Shown: piece after piece, positions 24,397 to 37,101 of the stretch
Layout: every line of letters begins with the position of its first letter
Numbering within the stretch: position 1 is the stretch's first letter
Assembly: GCA_010093815.1 (NCBI GenBank)
Contig: ML996573.1
Length of the DNA stretch: 64,000 bases
Reading direction: 5' to 3' (one strand)
Source: Pseudovirgaria hyperparasitica
Lineage: Eukaryota
The notes under the pieces: model-generated
Told to the model about the DNA's origin: nothing
The model's input: only the letters and a program-made list of their open reading frames with translations
Databases searched by the model: none
Position numbers and translations under genes: made by a program

Positions 24397-25486
24397 AGGA
24401 GTGTGTTGCGATTTAAGGGGAAGGTTGTCTGTTTGGTGCTGTAATTGTAGACAGGGGTACCGGGATATATCTCTTTTGTAATGGCCTCCAAGGTACGAGA
24501 CGTGGGTATGGTTTTGTAACGGAAGTCTTCCGCATGTTCTGTTTTCGATAGATGTATGAATATGGTTTCAGAACTCATTAACGATCTCCCTTATACCCCC
24601 GCCCTGTCTGTTATTCATACCAGAAAAGTTTAACTCTTTACGACAGCTAGAAGAGGCAATGCGATTCGTACCTACCTCCATGTAGCAGCTCTTGCGAGAG
24701 ATGCGCATCTTGAAATACTCTGTGAGCATGTCAAGCTTGATTTTCCTTAGACCCCAGTCAAACAAATCAAGCGAGACGTTGCGATTCGTAGAGCTTGTCC
24801 TAGTGTGCTTGAGTGACTTGGCTTGAAATTATTCACTTTCGCCAAGAGGCTATATCGATTATCGAGTAGCTAGATAGGCGAAGATTAGCAAAAAAAAGAC
24901 CTTCTGCATAACAAGTGCCTTCCGATATGTGAACAGTGGACTTTTGACGATGCTTCCGGCCGGAGTCGCATCCGAGGCTAGGGATCTCAGCTGTGATGTG
25001 ACGTGGTGATCGGCGTTTCTGCTTGCCGATTACGGAAAAGCTTGGGATCTTGGCACTGGGGCCGAATCTCGTATTAATTTCCTCTTCCATCTTTCGAACT
25101 TCTCCAGAACCAAGTGTGGCTGCACTTAAGAGTTTTGGCGTGCAGCACGATCGAATGGAATAAAGGCATAACATAGGCTTTGCCTGGGTGAACTAAGTCA
25201 ACATTGCCACTGAAGTGTAGCCTCGGCCTCTTGACCCTTCAACATCCAGAGGACTAGAGATTCTAGAAAAAAGTCATCCTGGACGTTTGTTTAACCTTGG
25301 CTCAAAGGAGCATGAGTCTGGATCACCATGCAGATCGTGATGGTCAAGTCCATTTCTGAAGATGTACTAACAACATGTGGCTGAAAGCCACGGCGCAGTC
25401 TTCAAATGCCCTGCGTCTCCCTCATTTTAACACCTTTCCGACCATATCGCTCTCAACTGACATTCAGTCAGTTGCCCAGAGTCGCC

Positions 25487-28360
25487 ATGGTCACACTACA
25501 AGACCTGAACGTGGCAACGGTCGCAGCAATTATTGCTGCAGTCGTCTTTATCAGTAAGTATCTCATACCGAAATGGACGTGCAAGATGTTGATACAAGAA
25601 CAGTCCAGTTCGTCGTACCGATTCTGGTGCCACTGATCCTGGTCGGATCTCTGACTGAAGAAAACAGCGCGGTAACCTGGTTCGTATATCTTACGTACAA
25701 TAGTGTGGCTTGACCTTGGCTCACATCAGGGACGACAGGTCTGTCGTTGGTCGGACACTACACAGCTCGACATGGCCAGTATTGCTACATTCCGACACTG
25801 CTTCGATCATTGGTGTTCAGCGACGCGTGAACGTGATATCATGGTTCCAGACGGCCTTACTCATGATCGTTGCCATTGCAGCTGTAGTCACTCCGCTCGG
25901 CCTTTACGAGACTGTAGGCCAAGAACACAGCTTTACCAAGCTCAGCTTCCAATATGTCAAGGATCCGTCGCCCATGGGATATGGGTAAGTGTGCCCAAGA
26001 ACCATCTCAAACCTGACACTAAGTCACATAGCACCCCCCAACGAAGCGGCCTGGGACCTAGTCGGGTTTGTTTTGAACTGTATCCGGTCAACTGCCCATG
26101 GACAGACAACAATATCTCCACCATAATCAACGATACTGGCGTTTATTCTGATTTACCAAATGGCTACGATCCAAGCGTGCCGCAAAACCTTACCGACTTC
26201 TTCAGCAGTGGTTTGGAGAAGTTTAATGCCTCTGCATCGAGCGTGTTCGACATACAATGGCGCAACTACAGGACCAAGACTGACGACCTGTACAATGGCA
26301 AAGAATTCCTAATTGGTCTGTATCGGCCACTGCAGTCCATGATCTTGAACGACGCGATCGAGCCTGTTGAAGGTTTGATTGTCAACACCAAAACAGGTGG
26401 TATTGGTTTCCGCAACCATAGTGTCCCACCACCTCTAAAGTATGGCGGGAGCTGGACAGAAGATCTTCTCTGGATAGAGCCCGAGACACAATGTGTTGAC
26501 ATGAATACCACTCTAGACATGACAATTCCTGAATACAACTCAGGCCAGCGACTCGCTAATTTGGTCCTTACCGATAGGGGCGGATTTGCTGAATTCGACA
26601 AGCAACTTCCCACCTATGATCTCAGCCACCCGCAATTGAACCCAAATCTCTACGATCGAGCACGGTTTGCAGCCATCTACAACAACATATACACCATGCT
26701 GTATCTGAACATCACGAATCCTGGCGAGAATCGATTTAGCTACTTGGATTCCACGGTCGGCAAAGAGTTTGATCTTGGAAACACATCCATGATTGGAGGA
26801 CCAACTGCTTACTACGATCGACTGGTGACCTCCTCTACCTATGGTAGTTATCTATCACTGGAAAGTAATGCGAGCTATTATAACGCATCGTACGACGCCT
26901 TCAATGCCTCGAATCCCTGGAGTCTTACCACGAGCAACTTTACCGCAATTGGCGACTCTTGTCTTTTTGATGCGGGTGGAAGGCAACGTGCGAACATCTC
27001 GGCCATCTCTCTCGCGTGCGGTGTTGTTTATGGTGCAGCACGGCCTGCTGATGGGGTGTCGACGCTCATCTACACGCCAGGATCGCGTTGGTCAGTGCCG
27101 ATGTATTCGTGCGTGTCGGCTGCAAAGGCATCCCTCAAGACAGTCTCGTTCCAGTACAGTGGAAATGGAACAGCCGACTTTCGCGCGCTTAAAGTCGTTG
27201 ACGTGGCAGATAAAGCCTATGATAATGAGGATGATAAGCCATTATGGGGAGTAGAGGATTTGTACGAGCGTGTATACAACGTGAAACCTGTCTGGGGCCT
27301 TGTGGCGGATCGTTATCAGAACACGCCAAACATTACGACGCTGCGCAGCGAACAGTTATGGCTTCCTGGTCCAGTGGATTCGCTGACAGTTCAAGGAGCG
27401 TCTGCCTTCCAGAACATGCCTGGTATCGACTTCTACCGAAATGCCCTTGCATCAGCCTACAACGTAGGAAATGATATTCTAAGTCAAGTCGGAACCAACG
27501 TTGACTACACCGGCGGCAACAGCCTAGCGCTATACGCCAAATGGCAAGAATACTCTCAACACGCCAACACCACAGCAAAGGCCATCAACCTAATCTGGAC
27601 TGACGTCGCCGCCAATGCCGTCGCAGGAAGCAGGGGCTGGGTCGGCTACGAGGGCTACAAGAACCTTGGGAAACGCGAATACTACCCGAACAAAGATGGC
27701 GCCCTCGTGCCCATCACCCTCAACATACGCACAGTCAAATACCACCTCCCCTACGCCATCCCCGGCATCATCGCGCTCGTCCTCCTTCTCATCACCCTCG
27801 TCTCCGCCCTCGTCATGGTCGTCCTCGGCCGCGCGAAGAACGACAAGATCCGCCAATTTCTCAACTCCACGTCTGCCGGCCGCCTCATGACAACGTTCCT
27901 GTACACGCACGACGCACACCCGGACGCCCACAAGAAACAATGGCTCGCCCAAGTCGGACGCAAGCGCGTCAATATCACCGGCCCATACCCACTCGCCCGA
28001 GACCCCACGCAGAGCGCTGCGTCCCCGTTCAGCCCCTCAGCAGCCAACCGTCTCGACGACAAGATGCACCACGTCAACACCGCATACCAGCCGCAACCGT
28101 CGCCCGTGAGCAGCGAGCACACGCAGCCCCTACCGCAACAGCCGCCGAGCCACTTCATGCATGCGAATCAGGGGTACGCATATGTCCCGCCCGCGCCACC
28201 ACCACCGCCTGTCCCGCACTTCCACAACGACGGATACCAGGAATACGCATATGTTCCTCCGCCGGCGCCGTATGATGCGCCGGCGAGCGTGCAGGATTCG
28301 CGGAGTGCAGGTGGAGACGCGAGATACGAGCGTGTGAGAATGACGGATGGCGACGACTGA
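25487..28360 (+). CDS. Uncharacterised fungal membrane glycoprotein (N-terminal TM helices, large N-glycosylated ectodomain, one further TM, Pro-rich tail); 4 exons
   Basis: Spliced MVTLQDLNVATVAAIIAAVVFI|IQFVVPILVPLILVG...ENSAVTW|SVVGRTLHSSTWP...PMGYG|TPQR. Many NxS/T sequons; TM YAIPGIIALVLLLITLVSALVMVVLG. Introns 25554-25603, 25680-25738, 25986-26031. Confidence 0.88.
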
Positions 28361-29155
28361 GAACGCATACGGCTGTTTGTGGCTGGCTTTTATCGCTTCT
28401 CCAGCCTGTCGATGGAGGGAGCATGGTATCAGACGTCGCATAGCTTCTGAAGCAATGATGCGCACGGATCAGAGACAGTCTGTTACATTTCGATACCGAC
28501 AATTCAATGTGGGCTGTGAAGCCCGACGCTCCCAGTAATCAATTACGCTAGAGCTTGAGACGTGGTTCTGCACAGACGAACATCCGATCGAGTAACATCC
28601 AAGTCTCCCCTGAGGTCCATGCACGCAACTAGGGTGATGGAGAGAGGATATCATTCCTCTTCAGACCTCTCGACGCAGTACGACAATACAACAACATGAT
28701 TGTATTGCAACACACCACCGACCATGTACATAATTGTACATAGATCGCATACGCCGACACTAGGTATCGCGTATAGCGCTGGGGACATTTGTCGATTCCG
28801 ATAGTGACGGTTGTGCACGGCATGGGATGTGTTGAAACGATTGGGTGTCAGGACGTCAGATAATGAAGTGTTGTGTATTATAGGCACCAGGTGCCTTCAT
28901 GTTCATTCATGTATATATATACAGCGATAACCAAGCCGAGATATCAATCCCTGACAAAACCAGTGTCTGAAGGAGTGTATGCTGTAAATGCACAATAACG
29001 CCATCTATATGATATGTTATAATGTGATGCCATCAACTTGCCCTGCTACGCTATTTCGAATGGTCGTGAGCTCACAAGCAAAGGGTAATTCTTCTTCTTC
29101 CGGACTCTTAAATATGTCACGTCCACCGGCCCACTTCATTCAGCATCATCATGCT

Positions 29156-29719
29156 CTAAGCAAAAACCCACGCTGCGCCACCCGCTGCAGCAACACCCCA
29201 AACAGCCGCAAGCCCACCCAGGCCGTTCCAGTTCCCGCCGGGCGCACGCAGATTTGCAGCAGCACCATCAGAGTTGGTCGCCGCAGGCGCCTCCGTCTTG
29301 CCCTCAATCTGATCGAGCACAGTGGATGGGATCTGTGCTCTGATAAACGCGTTCGTCGTGATCTGTGCTAGAATAGACGAGTATGCGGCTGGGGTCTCGG
29401 TGCGGATGACGTTGGCGAAGGACACAACGTTGGAGGGCGAGAGGTCATACGGGAACGCGACAGTGCCGTCAGCTGTCGAAAGAGGGATTGTGTTAGCTTG
29501 TGTGTCTTGGGAGAATAGTTAAGAAGGAATTTGCGTACAGCATGTCGTGACGTCCCCGCCGGTCACACACCGAGCTTCTTTGCGGCAGCAGAAGCCGTTG
29601 TTGCAGTCGACGGCGCCCGACTGTGCGGAGCCGCCGCAGACGAGTGAGGCTGGGTATGTTTGGGCGGCAACAAGAGCGGTTGAGAGGAGAGTTGCGAGGA
29701 GAGCGGTTGGAAACTGCAT
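29156..29719 (-). CDS. Small secreted Cys-rich, probably GPI-anchored cell-surface protein; 2 exons (intron 29473-29538)
   Basis: Signal peptide MQFPTALLATLLSTALVAA; six-Cys module C..C..CC..C..C. GTACGC..GCTAAC..CAG intron restores the frame (TTC-S-DGTVAFPY). C-terminal NSDGAA followed by hydrophobic tail LGGLAAVWGVAAAGGAAWVFA. Confidence 0.85.
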
Positions 29720-29840
29720 GATGACGGTTGGGTGAGATTCGGCTTGCGAGGAGAGGCTGAAAAAGGCTGGTCGTAACGCGAAGATGTCTTCTGTGAACGG
29801 TTGTAATGGTATGTCGAACGAGTGTGATGAAGGGACAAGG

Positions 29841-29864
29841 AAGAAGAAGAAGAAGAAGAAGAAG
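29841..29864. repeat. (AAG)8 microsatellite in the 5' region of the GPI-protein gene
   Basis: aagaagaagaagaagaagaagaag read directly. Confidence 0.95.
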
Positions 29865-32800
29865 AGGGCGGTAATTAACGAGCAGGGCAGGCGTCGGAGG
29901 CAAAGACAAGTAGTATTGTTGTGCGAGTGCGAGTGTGACGGATATGAAAGAACACTGGAGCACTGCCCGACCAGGCCGCGCGTTGACTGCGCCCAGTGTT
30001 CACTATGCAACCGGCGTGAGACACGAGATGTTACTGGCGTTAGCAAGCACACGTCGAACGACTACAAATGTACTATGGCCTCTTCAACATGAGAATTGCC
30101 GTGTTATGAGGCGTCGATTGGCCGATGGCGATCGACTGTGGATCTTGATTTCTGGATGTACGCCATCGTCATCTATCATGTAGTATATGCGCCATGCGGA
30201 GCCTATTCGATGGAGCCGCAGCGCGCATCATCTTGGGAATGCTGGAGTCCTGATGTCTGCGCCCAGAGTAGAACAGCTGAGTCTATGGAAGAGCTGAGAC
30301 GTGGTGGATGTGCGGCACTGTCGTCTTCGTGTTTATATCAAAATGTGCAACGCGGACGAAGCAGGCAAAAAGAAAAAAGTGCTCCAAGGCTGAGAATGAG
30401 ACCGAGAGCTAAGCTTCTTGTGGACTAGCGCGGTTTCGACCTGCCGTAGATCCCGTCTCAGCCTTTATGGGCCGTGTGCCCCAGTTACCACGTCCACGTC
30501 CGATCAACATCAACATCACGTTCATTTCTTTTGCAATCGCTTGATTCCAGACCGTGCTGAATCGCTCCGAAGATGCTGCCTCATCGATGGATTGTCTGGC
30601 ACGTCCTGGCCGCGGTCAGAATAACCCCATCCCCCTCTCTCCCTCCCACTCTAACGACAACACTAACAACATGACCATCTCGTGCCAGTCAAATGCGGTG
30701 TCCCAACAGGTGAGAAAAGAAGAACTGTCCATCCTATAACTGTTAGATATGCTGTTTCATCTAGCTGCAAACTCGATCATGCTTCTTAGATATACGACTT
30801 CTCCGTATATGGCTGTCAGACCTACGTTGTCTACTTAATACTCTCTTTGCCAACGGGTAGAAATGTCGCAAAGCCACTTCTCTAATGTCCACACAGCTTC
30901 ACTATTTCGAATCACGATCGCGGTCGACAGAGAAGTGGTTTTGGATCCGTCTTAGCTGCCCAATCCTGGTGATAGTCCGCAGAGGTACTCATCTAAAGCC
31001 CTGCACGGATGTTCAGACCCTCGCTGAAGTTATAGGATAGAAATGAGCGGGCATACCTGTGAAATATCATCCTCATCAATAGCACATTTTCGGAACTCGA
31101 AGATCAACCTCCAACGTCTCAACGCTGCCCAAGTCCGCCATGCTTTCTCGCGATTAGCTATCAAATCACATGGCGCAGCACGTCTCTACGCCAATAGGTC
31201 CCTTGGCCAGCATAGTTAGACTATCCAGTGTTGGAAGATCAGTCTGGTGAATAGTCATGTCGAGACGAGATTCTCTTGCTGAAGACGAATTATCCACGTC
31301 CAATCCACCGGTGCTGGCTCGTATTGTCATCTCGTCGGCTTCATGGTCTTGTATGAGCCGCTAGCATGAATTGAATATTACCGGAACATCGAATTGATAT
31401 GCTCAACTTAGCCAAGCAGTTTTAAGGCTGGAAAGGACGATATCTACCGGTGGTGGCCCAGACCAGACCAGACTGACCAGCCGAGAGACGAGGTCCGCAA
31501 GCACCTGAGGTCGGTTCAGTCTCACGATCGGGATGCCATAGCTCCTGTTTCGCCGCTGGCTACACACTTGTCTGTGAAGAATTTAAGAGATGCTAGCCTT
31601 GGCATTACTTTCGGACTCACAATAGCTCGTGTAGTATCAGATGGCTTACACCATCAGACTAGGACGAAAAGCAGGATAGAAAGGCGCGTCCTTCGTGGTA
31701 ACAGTACTATTGTACTACTAGCATCTGCCTCTGACCTGAATCAATGTATGACACAGTCGTGCTATACCCAACTTGCAAAAACCGACCTTACGAGCCTTCT
31801 GAGGTACTAGCGGCGCGAGCTTCGATATTCCAAAACCGCGTGCACATATACACCTTGACCTTCACCTTCACGGCATCCCAATACCCCATAAACATCTACA
31901 GAACCGTAAACCCATAATAACTCACAACCGCGCAACCTAACAAGACCCTCAGACTTACTTTAGCGCGTACCTACGTCATGCCCAAAAATACACCCCTTCC
32001 CCCAAAACTCACCTTCTGATTCGCCACCCGGTCTCCGAAACCCAAAATCGCTTCGGGATTAAACCATTCAGGGCTCCCGCCCGGCCGGCAACGTGGGCAG
32101 CAACGTGGGCGTGGGATAGATCGGGCTAGCCAGCCAGTCAGACCCTGATCAATAGCTGGGCTATTTACACCACACCGAAAACAAGCAACCGGACCGAAGC
32201 CAAGAAAAAGCCAATATTCAAATACCGAGCCGAGACAAGAAAGCAGTTACACAATGCACACGACGCACACGTGGTGCAAGTCGTACAAGTAGCCGTTGAG
32301 GCTGAACGTGCAAGGCGAGAGGGTGGATGGGTGTAACGCTTGGCCGTGGGAAGATCTGCTAGAGCCGTTCTTGTGTTGCCGTACTGCGTTTGATGGTATT
32401 TGATGAATTGGTTTTGTGATTGATGTGTTTAGTTAGAGCTAGAATGATGCGCGCCGCGGCGACCCGCATTAGTAGACGGGATTATATGATTAGATCTGGA
32501 CGCTTAAACCAGTGTGTCCGTGGGCCGCTGGACGGGCCGGCTGACGCATGCGGCTTCGGGCTTCTATGAAGGATCATATGGAAGAAATGCTCCGTCAACG
32601 GGGTGTGGTGGGTGGTGGTAAGGTAGGTTGTGCCAAGTATATTATATGCCATCTTGGGAGGTGAATAGCCAGGGCGTGAGGATTCTGTGTTATTTGCATT
32701 TTTTCTCATATTACTATTAACTGGTTGATTGTTGAGAGCTGGTTAGCTATCCGATTTGTTTCTCGAACATTCCCATTTGCCAGCCGAGTTCTACTCTTCT

Positions 32801-32878
32801 CGAATTGCAGTCTACGAACCCACGATACACACCAGAGGGGCACGTTTGGTAGCTGAGGGGGGACAAACACACGAAACG

Positions 32879-34639
32879 ATGAATCTCTTCAAGGCGTCTT
32901 CGATCATCGGGCTTCTGTTCCTGTTTATTGCCGTTCGCTATGCCTTTGCGCTGCTCATGAACATACGCGCGGCCAAGAAGTCTGGCATGCCGTATGTGGT
33001 GCGGTTGACTCCATCGGGCAACCCGTTCTGGATGATCTTTGGAAACAAAATCATTGCGCTGCTCGAGCGGCTTCCGTTCCGGTGGGTCGGTCAGTTCAAG
33101 CGCTTCAACCTGCACGGGTGGGAGGCCAACGAGCGGCATCGCATGTACGAGGAGCACGGCGACATCGTGCTCATCGTCACTCCAAAGGGCAACCTCATCT
33201 ACGTCGGCGACCCGGTTGCCATTACCGAGATCCTGCGCAGGAAAGATGAGTTCCGCAGGAACACGAAGAGCCGGAAGATGCTGGATATCTTCGACAAGAG
33301 TCTGACGTCCACGGACGGGCCTGAGTGGCAGAGACATCGCAAAGTCACTGCTACCTCGTTCACGGAGAAGAACACGGAGTTGGTGTGGGTCGAGTCGTTG
33401 AAGCAGGCTCAAGGAATGCTGGAATACTGGACACAGCGAGCGACGGCGCCTATCCGGTCGTTGCAATTGGACACGCAGACCTTCACTACGAATGTACTTG
33501 CTGCAGCCATGTTGTCGAAACCGTACAAGTTTGTCGGCAAGGAAGACCCTCCGCCAACGGATGACTCCGAGGAGGAAAAGATTGCGTATGAGTACAGAGA
33601 GGCTCTGTCCGTTATTCTTGAGAATGTCATTGCAATCATGGTCCTCGGAAAGAAAGTCTTGCAGAAGAAGTGGATGCCGGTGAAACTGCAAAAAGCTGGT
33701 GCTGCTGTCGAAAGATTCAGAGACTACGCTGAGACCCTGATCGAGGATGAGAAGGCGCGCATCCAGAGTGGCAGCCAACAGACCGTTCCTACGCTGGTAA
33801 ATCTGATGGTGCGCGCCTGTGCGAGTGAGGTGAAATCTGGTACGAAGACGTTGACAGAGTCTGAGATCGTCAGCAACTTGTTCGTGTACGCTTTCGCCGG
33901 CCGGGACACCACGGCAATCACACTGTCCCATATGATCGTCTTCATGGCAGCACATCCGGAAATCCAGGACTGGGCACGGGAAGAGATCCACCACTACCTT
34001 CCAGACCAAGACTCTTCAACATGGGAGTATGCCAAGTTCGCGAAGCTGAAGCGTTGTCTAGCAGTCATGGTAAGTGGCAAACTAGTCGCGGTCTCCTACA
34101 CAGACCTTTACACTAACACACTCGACCAGTACGAAACACTGCGTCTCTGCCACCCCAGCGTGCTTCTCCTGAAGGTCACACCACCCCACCCCATCAATCT
34201 GGACGTCAACGGCAAATCCCACCTGATACCAGCAAACTCCGCCATCCACGGCAGTCTGTCCGCCATGCACACACATCCCGACTTCTACGGCCCAGACCCA
34301 CTCTCATGGCGGCCCTCACGCTTCATCACAGCGACCGAGAAGTCCGAGTCTGGGGACATCTTCGCTGCCGAGACGATTCCTGCAGACACGACTGTCGACT
34401 TCCTCGCGTGGTCATCCGGCCCACGGGCTTGTCCGGGTAAGAAATTCGCACAGGTTGAGGTCGTGGCCGTGTTGGCGAAGATGCTGTACGAGCATAGAGT
34501 TGAGGCTGTACCGGAGCCGGGTGAGAGTGTGCTGGACGCGCAAAACAGGCTGCATGGGTTGTGTATGACGGTCGAGCAGAAGGCGATCTTCAATATGAAG
34601 GAGCCGCACAAGGCTGGGGTGCGGTGGGTCAAGTGCTGA
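32879..34639 (+). CDS. Cytochrome P450 monooxygenase; 2 exons (60-nt in-frame intron 34070-34129)
   Basis: N-terminal anchor MNLFKASSIIGLLFLFIAVRYAF; WQRHRK; I-helix FAGRDTT; ExxR (YETLR after splicing); WRPSRF; heme motif FLAWSSGPRACPG. Confidence 0.95.
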   Translation: MNLFKASSIIGLLFLFIAVRYAFALLMNIRAAKKSGMPYVVRLTPSGNPFWMIFGNKIIALLERLPFRWVGQFKRFNLHGWEANERHRMYEEHGDIVLIVTPKGNLIYVGDPVAITEILRRKDEFRRNTKSRKMLDIFDKSLTSTDGPEWQRHRKVTATSFTEKNTELVWVESLKQAQGMLEYWTQRATAPIRSLQLDTQTFTTNVLAAAMLSKPYKFVGKEDPPPTDDSEEEKIAYEYREALSVILENVIAIMVLGKKVLQKKWMPVKLQKAGAAVERFRDYAETLIEDEKARIQSGSQQTVPTLVNLMVRACASEVKSGTKTLTESEIVSNLFVYAFAGRDTTAITLSHMIVFMAAHPEIQDWAREEIHHYLPDQDSSTWEYAKFAKLKRCLAVMVSGKLVAVSYTDLYTNTLDQYETLRLCHPSVLLLKVTPPHPINLDVNGKSHLIPANSAIHGSLSAMHTHPDFYGPDPLSWRPSRFITATEKSESGDIFAAETIPADTTVDFLAWSSGPRACPGKKFAQVEVVAVLAKMLYEHRVEAVPEPGESVLDAQNRLHGLCMTVEQKAIFNMKEPHKAGVRWVKC

Positions 34640-35102
34640 GCGCCGTAGCCATGATGTTTTGTATAGATGAATAGAATTCCAGCTTGTTTTGATTACCGAA
34701 ACGTTTGTTCGGGTTAGTAGGACCAATGTGGCTGTTGTGGTGGATGTAACAGGATCGAGTCGTTGATGGAAGCTAACTTAACAGCAGGAAGCACAGTTGC
34801 CTGACGCACCAAGCTGATGCCTCATCATCATTAGGTCAATTTATTTCATGCTAAGCAAGGTGAGCGCCCACTATGGATAGGTAGGTACCTGATACAATGT
34901 TAATACATCATAGCTGAGTCGTTTCATCCTGACGCAATATCAGCCCTACTCGCAGGTCACTAGGTAATTATTGACGCTTTAATCTTTCTGTTTCTGTCTC
35001 CAGTAGTGTACACATTTTCCGCTCTGTTGATTGCAGAGATGTCTGCATACGAGCTTATACCATCTTCGATTCCTTAAATTCGAAACATGACATCATGCAC
35101 GT

Positions 35103-35727
35103 TCACTTTAGCTTCTTCGCCAACCCCTGTACCGGCTCCCCACCACCCTCCATCCGCAACACTGCAAGCGTAAGCACCCCTGTAAACGCCAACCACACAT
35201 TTCCCCATACGCCAATCGCCATGGCCGTATTATAATGTGACTCTAGCTTATAATGCTGATACGCCCCGATCCCAGTCGCAACGTGGTGGAACACTGTCGC
35301 AGCTACAACCAGCCCGGCCACCGAAGTAGTAGTCCTCGCCTCGCGGGCCGCTGGATGTGTGTTTACTGCTGATGGTGCCTTTGCGGGGATGGCGCCTGTG
35401 AATGCGAGCAGGATCAGGCCGAGAGTGACGAGGCACCAGCCGTCGGTCTTGACGTTGTAGAGCTCGAGGTCGTTGGGCATGAGGTTGAGTTGGGATGGTG
35501 GACGGAACCCTATATTTTGAGAGTCAGGCTTGCTTTGCGAGGATTAAGAGAGAAAGGACGGACAGCCGACGACCATGGCAGGGTCATAGACACGGCAGAG
35601 ACCGCGGAGAGTGTACCAGAATGCGGTGCCGTAGGTGTAGGCGTGGAAGACCTGTTTGTTTGGGTAAGTTGGGGATATGCTGGGGGAATAGGAGGTGCCT
35701 ACGTACGGTTGAATTGAGAGATGGCAT
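35103..35727 (-). CDS. Small uncharacterised multi-pass membrane protein; 3 exons
   Basis: Spliced MPSLNST|VFHAYTYGTAFWYTLRGLCRVYDPAMVVG|WFRPPSQLNLMPNDLELYNVKTDGWCLVTLGLILLAF..., about 4 hydrophobic helices; both GT-AG introns restore the frame. Confidence 0.8.
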
Positions 35728-37101
35728 AGTCGCTGGCTGTGTGAGAATGTAGGAATCACAATTGTAAATGTCGAGTGAGGGCAGGTATTTCCTTGGAAAG
35801 ATGTTGAGCTCCACCTATTAATATACTTCCAAGGGCAGCTGAAGGCTGGCTGAAGCTACTGCGGCCCGCCCCGTTCGCTTGCGACGTCATGATGAGGGGA
35901 ACGTCGGTAAAAGTGTCGCCTCAGGCATCATCAATCTAGATGAGAAGTACTTTTTTTGCAATCTTCGTTGCGTATCAACGATGTTTTTGCTGGGTTGGAT
36001 CCTTAGGACTCCATGGTCTGTTATAGAAGATAGTATCTCAAATAAGGTTGGTCTAAGATAGATGTACGGATTCGGCGGTAGTCTATGGCGTGTTTGCAGA
36101 ACTGCGTGAATGACATGACTCCTATTCTAGTAAGTTTGTGCAATTTAACTACGAACCGGTGTAGTGTTACTAAAAATAAATTGCAGAATACTGTATCAGC
36201 ATGTATTCATACCGCGGCATCACGTGAGTATCTGAAGACCCACTCGGCTCGCTCGTGTTTTGTTTGACGCAAGCCCAAGCCCTAGTCCAACTCTCTCCCT
36301 CCAACGTCAGCATCCTTTCCCAGGCTCCCCTCCATCTATCCCGCACTCTCGCTTGGCGTCAAAAAGTCTCCAATAGTCGCCCGCCATGCGCGCATTTGGA
36401 ACAATAGTCTTGCGAGACAGGCTTGGCATAGCTGATGGCGACGCGTGGCCTTCTCGCACCTAATGGTGGTAGTGCTGTTGCGCATGAAAGGCGGGGAAGT
36501 TGCTAGGAGCTGATGATCCTGCCATCAACCCCGGCGGCGGTCATTGGCTTCATCGTTGCCATGATGCGAAAGACAACACTGCTCGTGGCTGCTGGGCGGC
36601 TTGAGGGATGGGCTGAGTGTATAAGACGGTCCGAAGGCTGTCAGATAGGTGTGCATCCTGTTCCATCCCTTGCTTTGTCTAGTTTCTCTCTTTACGCTGT
36701 TGTCGCCTCTTCCTCCTTCACTTGAGACGTCTCGGTCGCTTTGCCTGCTGCACTCCAGTAAGAGTCGGCAGCCTTGTGTCTGCCTGGTGGTCTCGCGTCC
36801 GTTTGTATCGGGCTGGAGGGAATTCATTACAGTCGTGGCTGCTGTTTGCCTATGCCCAAACTGCATTTCACTGCATTCAATCTTTTCTCGCTTTCTTTAA
36901 GGCGAAGCTCCCTCTTGAGGCCATCCATCTTGTCTTCTCGACACGTCCACAACGCTACCGAACGTTCTTTGTGCCCAGAGTGTGATACTGCAACCAGGAC
37001 AGCATCAGCATCAGTTCAGCTCAGCTCATATCACCCCACTCACACCACCGCTCAACACCTCGCCATAATTACATCTCACATCCACACACCTGTATCTGAC
37101 T

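Noticed and set aside
32756..32878. N-terminal extensions in the ORF track (P450; also SLU7, the 37485 ORF and the 40952 ORF)
   Set aside because: They start at TTG/GTG; downstream ATGs give proper signal/anchor sequences or conserved N-termini.
32747..34009. 420-aa minus-strand ORF opposite the P450
   Set aside because: Antisense frame kept open by GC-rich codon bias; no domain features.
16258..34639. Secondary-metabolite cluster (GST + NRPS-like + P450)
   Set aside because: Genes are widely spaced with unrelated genes between them, and the NRPS-like gene lacks a T domain and has degenerate catalytic motifs.
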